From an uncultured Treponemataceae bacterium (GTDB taxonomy: Bacteria > Spirochaetota > Spirochaetia > Treponematales > UBA12059): a stretch of 64,000 nt of DNA. The notes beneath the pieces are model-generated. The model was given only the letters and a program-made list of their open reading frames with translations. It was not told where the DNA came from and ran no database searches. Each line of letters begins with the position of its first letter. The stretch's first letter is position 1. Location: positions 95,780-159,779 of the forward strand of contig CAYZZW010000001.1 in the NCBI GenBank assembly GCA_964482955.1. Direction: 5' to 3'. The position numbers were made by a program, and so were the translations under genes. This document shows, piece after piece, positions 53,027-60,253 of this stretch.

Positions 53027-53554
53027 CTAAAAGGTGCGAAGTTCCATGCCGGGCCAGCGCGTTTCCAGCTCGGCGGAAATACCGGCGTCGAACGAGCGCG
53101 ACAGCGCGACCGGCAGCAGGAACGTGAAGTTCCGCGTCATGGTGTAGGTGCCGATGTACGTAATGGTGCCCGGCTCGACTATCAGGTTTTCTTTCGGGAT
53201 GTCCGGATATACGCAATCCGCCAAGATGGTTTTCTTGCCGTCCGGGCGGTAGTGGTACATGTAAAACGCGAATATTTCGTATTCGCCGGCTTCCAGCTCG
53301 AACAAGCCCTCGAGCGTGTCCCCTGACAGAACGTACTGGAACACCTTGCCGTCTGAGACGCGGTGCAATTCCACCATGAGCCGGTCCGCCGTCTTTCCGG
53401 TCTCGCCGGTCTGCCGCGCGTACAGGTAGGCTTTGGCCGGATCGACGTCGGGCTGACTACGCGTGGCGTACACACGTTTGGACATGGACACGCAGGAAGC
53501 AAGGATGAGCGCTGTCGCTACAGCCGCGATGATGTATTTGGTTACGATGCGCAC
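53027..53554 (-). CDS. hypothetical lipoprotein
   Basis: A 175-aa ORF with a GTG start after a GGAG SD. It has a lipobox (ALILASC). Confidence 0.6.
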   Translation of the reverse strand: MRIVTKYIIAAVATALILASCVSMSKRVYATRSQPDVDPAKAYLYARQTGETGKTADRLMVELHRVSDGKVFQYVLSGDTLEGLFELEAGEYEIFAFYMYHYRPDGKKTILADCVYPDIPKENLIVEPGTITYIGTYTMTRNFTFLLPVALSRSFDAGISAELETRWPGMELRTF

Positions 53555-53657
53555 GATACGACTCCGTTTGAAACACAGTCTTGTGCCGACTTACGCCGGC
53601 CCGTCCAGCATGGCGGGCGGGCGAAGGCGTGTCAATCAGCGTCAAACGCGCCCGGAT

Positions 53658-53685
53658 AAAAAAGCGCCCCCGTTGCCGGGGGCGC
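53658..53685 (-). terminator. intrinsic terminator after the porin gene
   Basis: On the minus strand: GCGCCCCCG-gcaa-CGGGGGCGC followed by T6. Confidence 0.8.
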
Positions 53686-53708
53686 CCACTATCAGGAACT
53701 AAGCGAGC

Positions 53709-55205
53709 TTAGTACTCGATGGTGCAGGAGACGGTGAAGAGACCCTTGTCGACGTCCTTGTGGAAGGGCGTGACGAAGAGGTATTCGTCGTCGGCGAGGG
53801 AGCCGGCTTCGAACTGGACGTTGAACGTCGTCTTGGCGATGACGTTGATGTCAGCACCGACCACGATGTGGAGACCGTTGTCCGTGTCGACGTCCTTGGC
53901 GCCGTAGAGACCGTAGTCGAAACCGGCGTACGGCTTCACGGTCTTGCCTTCTTCAATGGCGTACTCGTATTCGGCGTAAGCGCCGAGCATAACGGGCATG
54001 CCTTCCATGGCGGGGTTTTCCTCGTCAAGGAGGTGAAGGGCGTTCACGTAGGCGGTGGCGCCGAGACCGGGGACAAAGCCTTCGGCCGTGTCTTCGGAAA
54101 CCTTGAACCCGAGGTTGAGAACGGAAGTGTCCTTGTCCTGGGTGTGGTAGATGTCGGCGCCGACGGTGTTCTCGGTGGCCGGAACGAAGTACACGCTGAG
54201 GGTAGCGCTGTCCTTGTTCGCCATCGTGTAGGTGGCGGCGAGGCTGATGTCCATGACGGGGTCGAGCTCGCCGGCGATCACGACGTCGAGACCGGCGCCG
54301 ATTTCCACGCCTTCCATCGGCTTCACGGTGATGCCGAGGCCAGCGCCCTTGTTGGCGCCTTCGGCGGCGTCCCAGAGGTCGGCGAAGACGCCGATCACGA
54401 CTTCGACCATCTCCATCGGGGTGATGGTGACATCGGCGCCGATCATGTACTTGGCATCGACGTTGTTCGTACCAGCGGGATCACCGGGGGTGGCGGGGGT
54501 AACGACACCGTACACCTCACCGACAGCGATACCACCATCACCGGCCGCCCACGGAGCGTGGGTGGCGGTGTTGATGTAGCCGGCCGCGATGGCGTCAGCC
54601 TCAGGAATGGCGGCCGTAGCGACAACCCAGCTCACGGACGCGGGGGTGTCGGTGCCGGCAGCGGTGGCGCTGTCATAGGAACCATCGGAGCCGATGTTGA
54701 GGTTGAACTTCACCATCTCGGTGTCGTAACCGACGGAGATGCCGCCCACGGTGCTGGTGGCGCCGGTTTCGGACTGCCACGAAGCGTCTTCCCACGCGTC
54801 CACGCTGACCGGCTCGAACATGGTGGCCATGTTGTAGCCGAAGCTGGGCTCGGAGTAGATGCCGACCCAGAGGGCGCCGGCGATGATCTTGGCGGTGATG
54901 GACGGCGCGGTGTACTTAACGGTGCCGGCGGCGATGTTCTCGGTCTTGCCCGTCATGATGGCCTTGAAACCGTCGAACTCGATCCAGCCGTACACGCCCT
55001 CGAGACCTTCAGTGGCCTTGGTGGTCTTGGCGACGAGCGGGATGGTCAGGGCGAACGACGCGTCGTTCAGGAAGCCATGCGAATCATCGTTGAGGTTGTA
55101 ACCCCAAGTAACCGAGGCGTCTCCCTCGATGGTCCACGTCTCGCCTTCGGCGAAGGCGATACCGGTCAAGCAGAGAGCAAGAAGCAGCACGATAGCTTTC
55201 TTCAT
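53709..55205 (-). CDS. abundant outer-membrane beta-barrel protein / porin (Msp/Tpr-like by pattern)
   Basis: Based on ORF 53709..55301, with the start at ATG 55205 (MKKAIVLLLALCLTGIAFA-EGE), 7 nt after AGGAGGA. It has alternating Gly/aromatic strands and a terminal ..SCTIEY. A near-consensus promoter (TTGACA-N17-TATACT) and a strong terminator flank it. Confidence 0.65.
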   Translation of the reverse strand: MKKAIVLLLALCLTGIAFAEGETWTIEGDASVTWGYNLNDDSHGFLNDASFALTIPLVAKTTKATEGLEGVYGWIEFDGFKAIMTGKTENIAAGTVKYTAPSITAKIIAGALWVGIYSEPSFGYNMATMFEPVSVDAWEDASWQSETGATSTVGGISVGYDTEMVKFNLNIGSDGSYDSATAAGTDTPASVSWVVATAAIPEADAIAAGYINTATHAPWAAGDGGIAVGEVYGVVTPATPGDPAGTNNVDAKYMIGADVTITPMEMVEVVIGVFADLWDAAEGANKGAGLGITVKPMEGVEIGAGLDVVIAGELDPVMDISLAATYTMANKDSATLSVYFVPATENTVGADIYHTQDKDTSVLNLGFKVSEDTAEGFVPGLGATAYVNALHLLDEENPAMEGMPVMLGAYAEYEYAIEEGKTVKPYAGFDYGLYGAKDVDTDNGLHIVVGADINVIAKTTFNVQFEAGSLADDEYLFVTPFHKDVDKGLFTVSCTIEY

Positions 55206-55272
55206 TGCTATCCTCCTTACGAAAATACGGGGAAGAACCGACGGTTCGTTGTGTCCCCTTCCATTTTCCAGG

Positions 55273-55301
55273 AGTATAGAACTCGTAAAAATCGATGTCA
55301 A
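55273..55301 (-). promoter_or_regulatory. near-consensus promoter TTGACA-N17-TATACT of the porin gene
   Basis: Read on the minus strand within an AT-rich island. A ~60-nt leader and an AGGAGGA SD follow. Confidence 0.7.
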
Positions 55302-55462
55302 GGATTATTTGTAACCTTCGGCGGCCAGGATTTTTTGATTCTTTCGTCTTGCATGCGGCGCATTTCGTTATCTGACAGAACATTACTAAAACCGGCCCAA
55401 TTTGCGGCACTTTGACATAATTAAAATAAATGTAAAAGAACAGAATAAATCGGTACACGAGC

Positions 55463-55501
55463 GGCGGGACTTGTTCACCCCGTGAACAAGTCCCGCCTTT
55501 T
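55463..55501 (+). terminator. plus-oriented terminator-like hairpin with no annotated plus-strand gene upstream
   Basis: GGCGGGACTTGTTCAC-ccc-GTGAACAAGTCCCGCC followed by TTTT on the plus strand only. Confidence 0.45.
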
Positions 55502-55538
55502 CATCGATGCCGCGGGTCGGGAGCTCCGCTCCAAGTCC

Positions 55539-56738
55539 TTATGCTTTGGACCACTCGCGGACGGCGCGGGCGAAGGCTTCCGCGCTGTTAGTTATGGAAG
55601 ATTCCGAAACGCAGTAGGCCATGCGGAACCAGCCGGGGCAGCCGAAGCCGACGCCGGGGACGGCCAGGATGTTGTATTTCTTGAGATGCATGACGAAGTC
55701 GACGTCGTCCACGCTCGGGCCGCCCGCGGGCACCTGGCAGAAAAGGTAAAAGGCGCCTTCGGGCTTCGTGAAGGCGATGCCGGCCTTCCGGACGATGTCC
55801 GAGAGGAGGTCGCGGCGGCGACAGTAGCTCGTGGTATCCGCCATGCAGCCTTCCAGCTTCACGACGACCCGCTGCATGAGGGCGGGGGCGTTCACGAAGC
55901 CGAGGGTGCGGTTGGACATGGCCAGGCCGTCCAGGAGGAGCTTGCGGTCCGCGCAGGCGGGGGAAACGGCCAGATAGCCGATGCGTTCGCCGGGCAGGGA
56001 GAGGCTTTTCGAGTAGCTGTACGCCACGACGGTTTCCGGGTACGCGTCCATGATGGGCGGGGCGACGGCGCCGTCGTACACGAGTTCGCGGTAGGGTTCG
56101 TCGACGACCAGATAAGGAAGGCGGCCGCAGGCTTGGCCGTGTTTCAGGAGGGCCGCGGCGATGGCTTCGATGTCCGTACGGCTGTAGATGCGGCCAGTGG
56201 GGTTGTTCGGGGTGTTGACGATGAGGGCGGCGGTGCGCGGGGTGAGGGCGCGCGCGATGGCGTCCACGTCCGGGGAAAAGTCGGGCTTGGTGGCGACGCC
56301 GACGAGGTGGCCGCCGTGGTTCTTGATGTACGGCCCGTATTCCGCGAAGTAGGGCTTCAGGACGATGACTTCATCCATGGGGTTGAGGATGGTCCGCAGG
56401 AGGACGTTGAGGGCGCCGGCGGCCCCCACCGTGACGATGATGCCGTCGGCTTTCAAGTCCACGGCGTGGTCTTTGGAGGTCTTGCGGGCGGCGGATTCGC
56501 GCATGGGCATGAAGCCGGCGTTGGACAGGTAGCCGTGGAGTCCTTTTTCGGGGGAGGACGCCAGCTCGAGAAGGGCTTTTTTGAACTCGGCGGGAGGTTC
56601 CACGTCCGGGTTGCCCAAGGAAAAGTCGTAGACTTTGTCCGGTCCGAACTGGGCGCGGAGCTTGGCGCCTTCTTCGAACATCTTGCGGATCCACGAGGAT
56701 TTTTCGAGATCGGTGCGTATGGAGTCGGCTACCGGCAT
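55539..56738 (-). CDS. pyridoxal phosphate-dependent aminotransferase (class I, AspC/AlaT-like)
   Basis: Based on ORF 55539..57074, with the start at ATG 56738 (MPVADSIRTDLEKSSWIRKMFEEG), after a GGAGGA SD. It has NPNNPTG-type (NTPNNPTGR) and SYSKSLSLPGERIGY motifs. Confidence 0.85.
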   Translation of the reverse strand: MPVADSIRTDLEKSSWIRKMFEEGAKLRAQFGPDKVYDFSLGNPDVEPPAEFKKALLELASSPEKGLHGYLSNAGFMPMRESAARKTSKDHAVDLKADGIIVTVGAAGALNVLLRTILNPMDEVIVLKPYFAEYGPYIKNHGGHLVGVATKPDFSPDVDAIARALTPRTAALIVNTPNNPTGRIYSRTDIEAIAAALLKHGQACGRLPYLVVDEPYRELVYDGAVAPPIMDAYPETVVAYSYSKSLSLPGERIGYLAVSPACADRKLLLDGLAMSNRTLGFVNAPALMQRVVVKLEGCMADTTSYCRRRDLLSDIVRKAGIAFTKPEGAFYLFCQVPAGGPSVDDVDFVMHLKKYNILAVPGVGFGCPGWFRMAYCVSESSITNSAEAFARAVREWSKA

Positions 56739-56890
56739 GGGTTCCTCCGTCGAACGAGTTTCTACCATATATATGCGTGGTATTCGGTCGATCAAACCGA
56801 CCGAATGTCGGGGCGGCGGCCGGCGACGCGGAAGTGTACCACGGCTTTTGGTATCAAGCCACTGCGATTCGCGTAACCGGAGCGTAGTTC

Positions 56891-57127
56891 GAGGCGATTC
56901 GGGGGTGTGCGGCGGACGAGTGTCGGACCGGATGGACCGGGGCGTGGGGCATACCAGTACCCATGACGAATAGGCGAGAGTACTCGCAATATTCGCCATG
57001 GGTACTGGTATGCCCCACCCGACGGTCGCATGCGGTGCGCCATCGGGAGCCGGATGGCCCCGGAAACGCCGCACGACGGCTCGCAGATCGAACGAATCGC
57101 GGTGGGCTTGGTTGGGCTATGGACCGA
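56891..57127 (+). repeat. S-element copy A (longest form, with an outer GCGATTCG/CGAATCGC pairing)
   Basis: A hairpin at 56946..57016 (26/27 bp) has the same apical module. GTGCGGCG at 56907 is complementary to CGCCGCAC at ~57067. Confidence 0.8.
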
Positions 57128-57145
57128 CCAGTAAGACACCCCACC

Positions 57146-57184
57146 GGTGCCTGGCACCCTCTGGCCGACCCGGTGCCTGGCACC
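57146..57184. repeat. two P palindromes (GGTGCCTGGCACC) 26 bp apart
   Basis: They lie directly to the right of S-element A and upstream of the Rpn gene. Confidence 0.8.
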
Positions 57185-57238
57185 ACGTGCCCATGCGCCA
57201 ATGCCCTCCTCCGCCGTTACTCAGGCGGAGGCACCACC

Positions 57239-58213
57239 ATGTCACAGTCTTTCAAGTTGCTCGATGTGTTCGTCCGATGGCTGTTCTCGCGGCCGGGCAA
57301 CGAGCAGATCCTGCTCGCGTTCCTGAACGCCGTCATGCGCGACGCGAAGGAGACGGAACTCGCCGCGGTCAAGGTCTTGAACCCTTTCAATCCCGGCGAA
57401 TACAAGGGCGAAAAGGAGTTCATCCTGGACGTCGCCGCGAAGGATTCGCACGGCCGTCTCTTCGACTTCGAAATCCAGTCGTACCGCGAGGAGGATTACG
57501 CCAAGCGGGCGCTCGCCTACTGGGCGCGGCTCCATGCGAGCCAGCTCCGGAAAGGCGACGACTACCTCGACGTCCATCCGACCGTCGGCGTCCACCTGTG
57601 CGACTACAACAACCATCCCGAGATCGCGGAAGGTCACCTGATCGTCGACGCCACCTTTCGCGGCCATCCCGACATTCTCGCCTCGGACGACTTCCAGCTC
57701 CATTTCGTCGAGCTGCCGAAATACTACGACCGTTCGGGCAAGCGAGGGCTGTCGGACTTGGAAAAGTGGGCCGTATGGTTTACTTTTGAACCGGAGAAGG
57801 ACGACACCATGAGCGACCGCCCCTGGCTCCCGGAAGACCTCCGGGACGACCCCCAGTTCATCGATCTCGAAAAGCAATACCGCGAGTTCTGCACGGACGA
57901 AGAGCTCCGCTACATCGCCGAAAGCCGTTTCCGCTTCATCACCGACGTCGCGAACGAAAAGTCGTGGGCCCGGCGCCATGGTTTCGCCGAGGGCAAGGAA
58001 CAAGGTCTTGCTGTAGGAAAAGCTGAAGGCAGGGTCGAAGGCAGGGTCGAAGGCAGGGCTGAAGGCAGGGCTGAAGGCAAAGCCGAAGGGAAAATCGAAG
58101 GTTTGGAAGAAGGCAAATTGGAAGTCGCACGCAAGCTCAAAGCCGCGGGCATGTCCATAGAGCAGATTGTCGAGTTTACCGGACTTGAGCCAACCGCGAT
58201 TCAAGGGCTTTGA
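57239..58213 (+). CDS. Rpn family recombination-promoting nuclease / putative transposase (PD-(D/E)XK; T. denticola-type family)
   Basis: Based on ORF 56963..58213, with the start at ATG 57239 after GGAGG. The N-terminus is FKLLDVFVRWLFSRPGNEQILLAFLNAV. The nuclease core is ILDVAAKDSHGRLFDFEIQ. The C-terminal repeat EGRVEGRVEGRAEGRAEGKAEGKIEGLEEGKLEVARKLK is typical of this family. The GC content looks lower than in neighbouring genes. Confidence 0.75.
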   Translation: MSQSFKLLDVFVRWLFSRPGNEQILLAFLNAVMRDAKETELAAVKVLNPFNPGEYKGEKEFILDVAAKDSHGRLFDFEIQSYREEDYAKRALAYWARLHASQLRKGDDYLDVHPTVGVHLCDYNNHPEIAEGHLIVDATFRGHPDILASDDFQLHFVELPKYYDRSGKRGLSDLEKWAVWFTFEPEKDDTMSDRPWLPEDLRDDPQFIDLEKQYREFCTDEELRYIAESRFRFITDVANEKSWARRHGFAEGKEQGLAVGKAEGRVEGRVEGRAEGRAEGKAEGKIEGLEEGKLEVARKLKAAGMSIEQIVEFTGLEPTAIQGL

Positions 58214-58221
58214 TCTTCGTT

Positions 58222-58590
58222 GAGGCGATTCGGAGGTGTACGGCGGACGAGTGTCGGACCGGATGGACCGGGGCGTGGGGCATACCAGTACCCATGACGA
58301 ATAGGCGAGAGTACTCGCAAAGCAACGTCGCGGGCAGCAATTCGAAGCACTGAAAACCCTCGTGACGCTTTCCGGAAAGGTGCGGCGATTTTATTAGGAC
58401 CGTATAGGTCGGGTCCTGTCGCTGAAAAAAGCATGGTATCATTCGGAGTACCTCACGATACCATGCTTTTTTCACGCCACCCGACCCGACGCATTCGATC
58501 CTACAAGCTGGCGCCGGATGGCCTCAGAAACGCCGCACGACGGCTCGGAGGCCAACGAATTGCGGCGGGCTTTATTCGACTATGGATCGG
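58222..58590 (+). repeat. S-element D: a truncated unit D1 (58222..58320) joined to a divergent complete unit D2 (58374..58590)
   Basis: D1 is nearly identical to the left half of copy A and stops exactly after the apical module GGCGAGAGTACTCGCAA. D2 has GGAAAGGTGCGGCGA.., a different hairpin, and the conserved right flank GCCGGATGGCC..CGCCGCACGACGGC. Confidence 0.75.
58425..58472. terminator. bidirectional terminator-like hairpin (the hairpin of divergent S-element unit D2)
   Basis: AAAAAAGCATGGTATC-16 nt loop-GATACCATGCTTTTTT. Confidence 0.55.
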
Positions 58591-58597
58591 CCCGAGG

Positions 58598-58712
58598 CAG
58601 CCTATCTTTAACCCTCTTCACCTCTTCTCCGTGATCTCCGACTTTCTCCGTGTTTTCGCGGTGAGTCTTGCACGAAGGGGCATCTTCGTGCCGAGGCCGT
58701 GAAGGCCACGGT
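58598..58712. repeat. H element, copy f (mixed CTCCGTG / CACGAAG arms)
   Basis: CTCTTCTCCGTGATCTCCGACTTTCTCCGTG..GCACGAAGGGGCATCTTCGTGCC..GTGAAGGCCACGG. Confidence 0.65.
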
Positions 58713-58740
58713 TGCGGAAGAGGCGGGGGCGTGCGACAAT
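58712..58740 (+). promoter_or_regulatory. leaderless-type promoter TTGCGG-N17-GACAAT-N7-ATG (DUF4230-like gene)
   Basis: The -10 box ends 7 nt before ATG 58748. Confidence 0.45.
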
Positions 58741-58747
58741 CGGGCGT

Positions 58748-59392
58748 ATGAAGGTTTCGAGCGTCGTGGGAATCGTGGCGTCGGCGGCCGCGGTCGTGGC
58801 GGTAGCGGTCGCCGTGATCGCGGTGGCGGTTACGAAAAAAGCGCCGTCGCCGGAAGTCGTGAAGCGCGAATTCACGGCGTACGTGGAAACGTTGGCGCCC
58901 GCCGGGTGGCTCGTCCTGGTCGAGGGGCGCGAGCGCCTGGTCGTGCGGGATACCGTGAAGGGCCAGCTGTTCGGGAACACGATGCTCGGGGAGTTCCTCA
59001 AGATACGGTCGGACGCGGTCATCGAAGTCGAAGCGTGGGCGGACACGCTGTACGGCGTGCGGCTCGAGCCTGCCGCTTGGTCGTTCGCGGTCGACCCGCG
59101 ACCGAAGCGGCTGTCCGTATCGGCGCCGGCGCTCGAAGCCCGTACGCCGGCCATCCTCACCGAAACGATCACCGTCCGGCTCGTCGACAAATCGATACTC
59201 GTGAACGAGGCGAAGGTCGCGGAATCGATGAAAGCGGCGCTCACCGCGCGTTTCATCGAATACGCCGCAAGCCGCGCGGGCGCGGCGGATACCCAGACGA
59301 AGGCCACGGACGGTCTGCGGAATATCGTAATGGGCTTTTTGAAGAAAGCGGACCTTGTCGCGGAAGCGGTGGACGTGACGTTCGGGCGATAG
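58748..59392 (+). CDS. membrane-anchored hypothetical protein (DUF4230-like)
   Basis: Based on ORF 58712..59392, with the start at ATG 58748 (MKVSSVVGIVASAAAVVAVAVAVIAVAV TM). The leaderless-type promoter TTGCGG-N17-GACAAT-N7-ATG lies upstream. The family name is tentative. Confidence 0.55.
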   Translation: MKVSSVVGIVASAAAVVAVAVAVIAVAVTKKAPSPEVVKREFTAYVETLAPAGWLVLVEGRERLVVRDTVKGQLFGNTMLGEFLKIRSDAVIEVEAWADTLYGVRLEPAAWSFAVDPRPKRLSVSAPALEARTPAILTETITVRLVDKSILVNEAKVAESMKAALTARFIEYAASRAGAADTQTKATDGLRNIVMGFLKKADLVAEAVDVTFGR

Positions 59393-59590
59393 GAAAGGTG
59401 CGGCGAACTATATCGAAGCGGATTGACCGGGACCTGGGGCATACAAGCACCCGCTACAAATAGGCGAGAGTACTCGCAATATTTGTAGTGGGTACTTGTA
59501 TGCCCCACCCGGCTGGTTCATTCGGTTCGTCATCGGGAGCCGGATGTCCCCAGTAACGACGCACGACGGCACGCAGGCCGCCGAATCGCG
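59392..59590 (+). repeat. S-element copy E
   Basis: It starts at the last base of the TAG stop of the upstream gene. The hairpin at 59436..59506 pairs 25/27 bp and has the same apical module. The 3' end is ..GACGCACGACGGC..CGAATCGCG. Confidence 0.8.
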
Positions 59591-59737
59591 TTCAGCTCCA
59601 TTTCATAAAGACCAAACTATACGACCGCGGACAGTCTCATGCGTTTTCCTAAATACCCTCACGCTATCCCCGAAGCTCGTCGATTCACTGAGTCCGAACA
59701 AACCGCGGCGAGCTAATAAGGACTAAGGACCGTCAAA

Positions 59738-59812
59738 GCCTTCCTATCTTAAGCCCTCTTACTCTTCCTTCGTGTCCTTCGTGTCCTTCGGGTCCTTCGT
59801 GGTAGATTTTCC
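59738..59812 (+). repeat. H element, copy g (right arm)
   Basis: GCCTTCCTATCTTAAGCCCTCTTACTCTTCCTTCGTGTCCTTCGTGTCCTTCGGGTCCTTCGTGG. Its left part aligns with copy e. Confidence 0.8.
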
Positions 59813-59847
59813 TCGGCGGATCGGTTTCATCGGCGGTCGGTTTCTTC

Positions 59848-59877
59848 TTGAACAGCGGGGGTGAAAAGCCGTACTAT
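59848..59877 (+). promoter_or_regulatory. leaderless-type promoter TTGAAC-N18-TACTAT-N7-ATG (bactofilin)
   Basis: The -10 box ends 7 nt before ATG 59885. This supports that start over GTG 59861. Confidence 0.5.
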
Positions 59878-59884
59878 CGGGGGC

Positions 59885-60253
59885 ATGAGCGACATTCAGA
59901 TCTCCAACATCGACGAGGATCTCCTCGACACGGTGCTGGCGCCGGACGTCGAGTTCTCCGGAACCATCGTCTTCAAGAAGCCCTTCATGATCAAAGGCCG
60001 CGTGAGCGGCGTCATCAAGGCCGAAAGCGAGCTGTTCATCGACGACAAGGCCGTGGTGGAAGCCTCCATCACCGCGGAGTCCGTATCGGTGCGCGGCACG
60101 GTCAAGGGCGACATCGTGGCCCGCAAGCGGGTGGACCTGTTCGCCTGCTGTTCGGTGCAGGGCGACATCACCGCGCCCGAGGTGGCGATGGAGACGGGCT
60201 GCCACTACAACGGCATCTGCACGATGACGGGCAAGCGGGATGACGTCCGCTAG
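59885..60253 (+). CDS. bactofilin (polymer-forming cytoskeletal protein)
   Basis: Based on ORF 59861..60253, with the start preferred at ATG 59885 (MSDIQISNIDED..). It has the beta-helical repeat FSGTIVF..IKGRVSGVI..VVEASITAESVSVRGTVKGDIVA..VQGDITAPEVAME. Confidence 0.8.
   Translation: MSDIQISNIDEDLLDTVLAPDVEFSGTIVFKKPFMIKGRVSGVIKAESELFIDDKAVVEASITAESVSVRGTVKGDIVARKRVDLFACCSVQGDITAPEVAMETGCHYNGICTMTGKRDDVR

Noticed and set aside
55463-55501. The hairpin as the ordinary intrinsic terminator of the minus-strand aminotransferase gene.
   Set aside because: The U-tract is on the plus strand only, and on the minus strand the stem is followed by GCTCGTG. I keep it as an ambiguous feature and do not assign it to that gene.
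56891-57127. S-elements as integron attC sites (a GTTGGGC R'-like box and a GCGTAAC R''-like box in copy A).
   Set aside because: The boxes occur in only one copy and are only partially complementary. The conserved part of the element is the apex rather than the ends, the element is much longer than typical attC sites, and there is no intI/attI in the window.
59861-59884. GTG 59861 as the bactofilin start, and similar longest-ORF starts at 3638, 5125, 8968, 9725, 13462, 28608, 28862, 51980 and 55301.
   Set aside because: The internal ATG/GTG starts give canonical signal peptides or N-termini. They are preceded by SD sequences or by -10 boxes at leaderless distance. The upstream extensions lie in repeats or overlap neighbouring genes.
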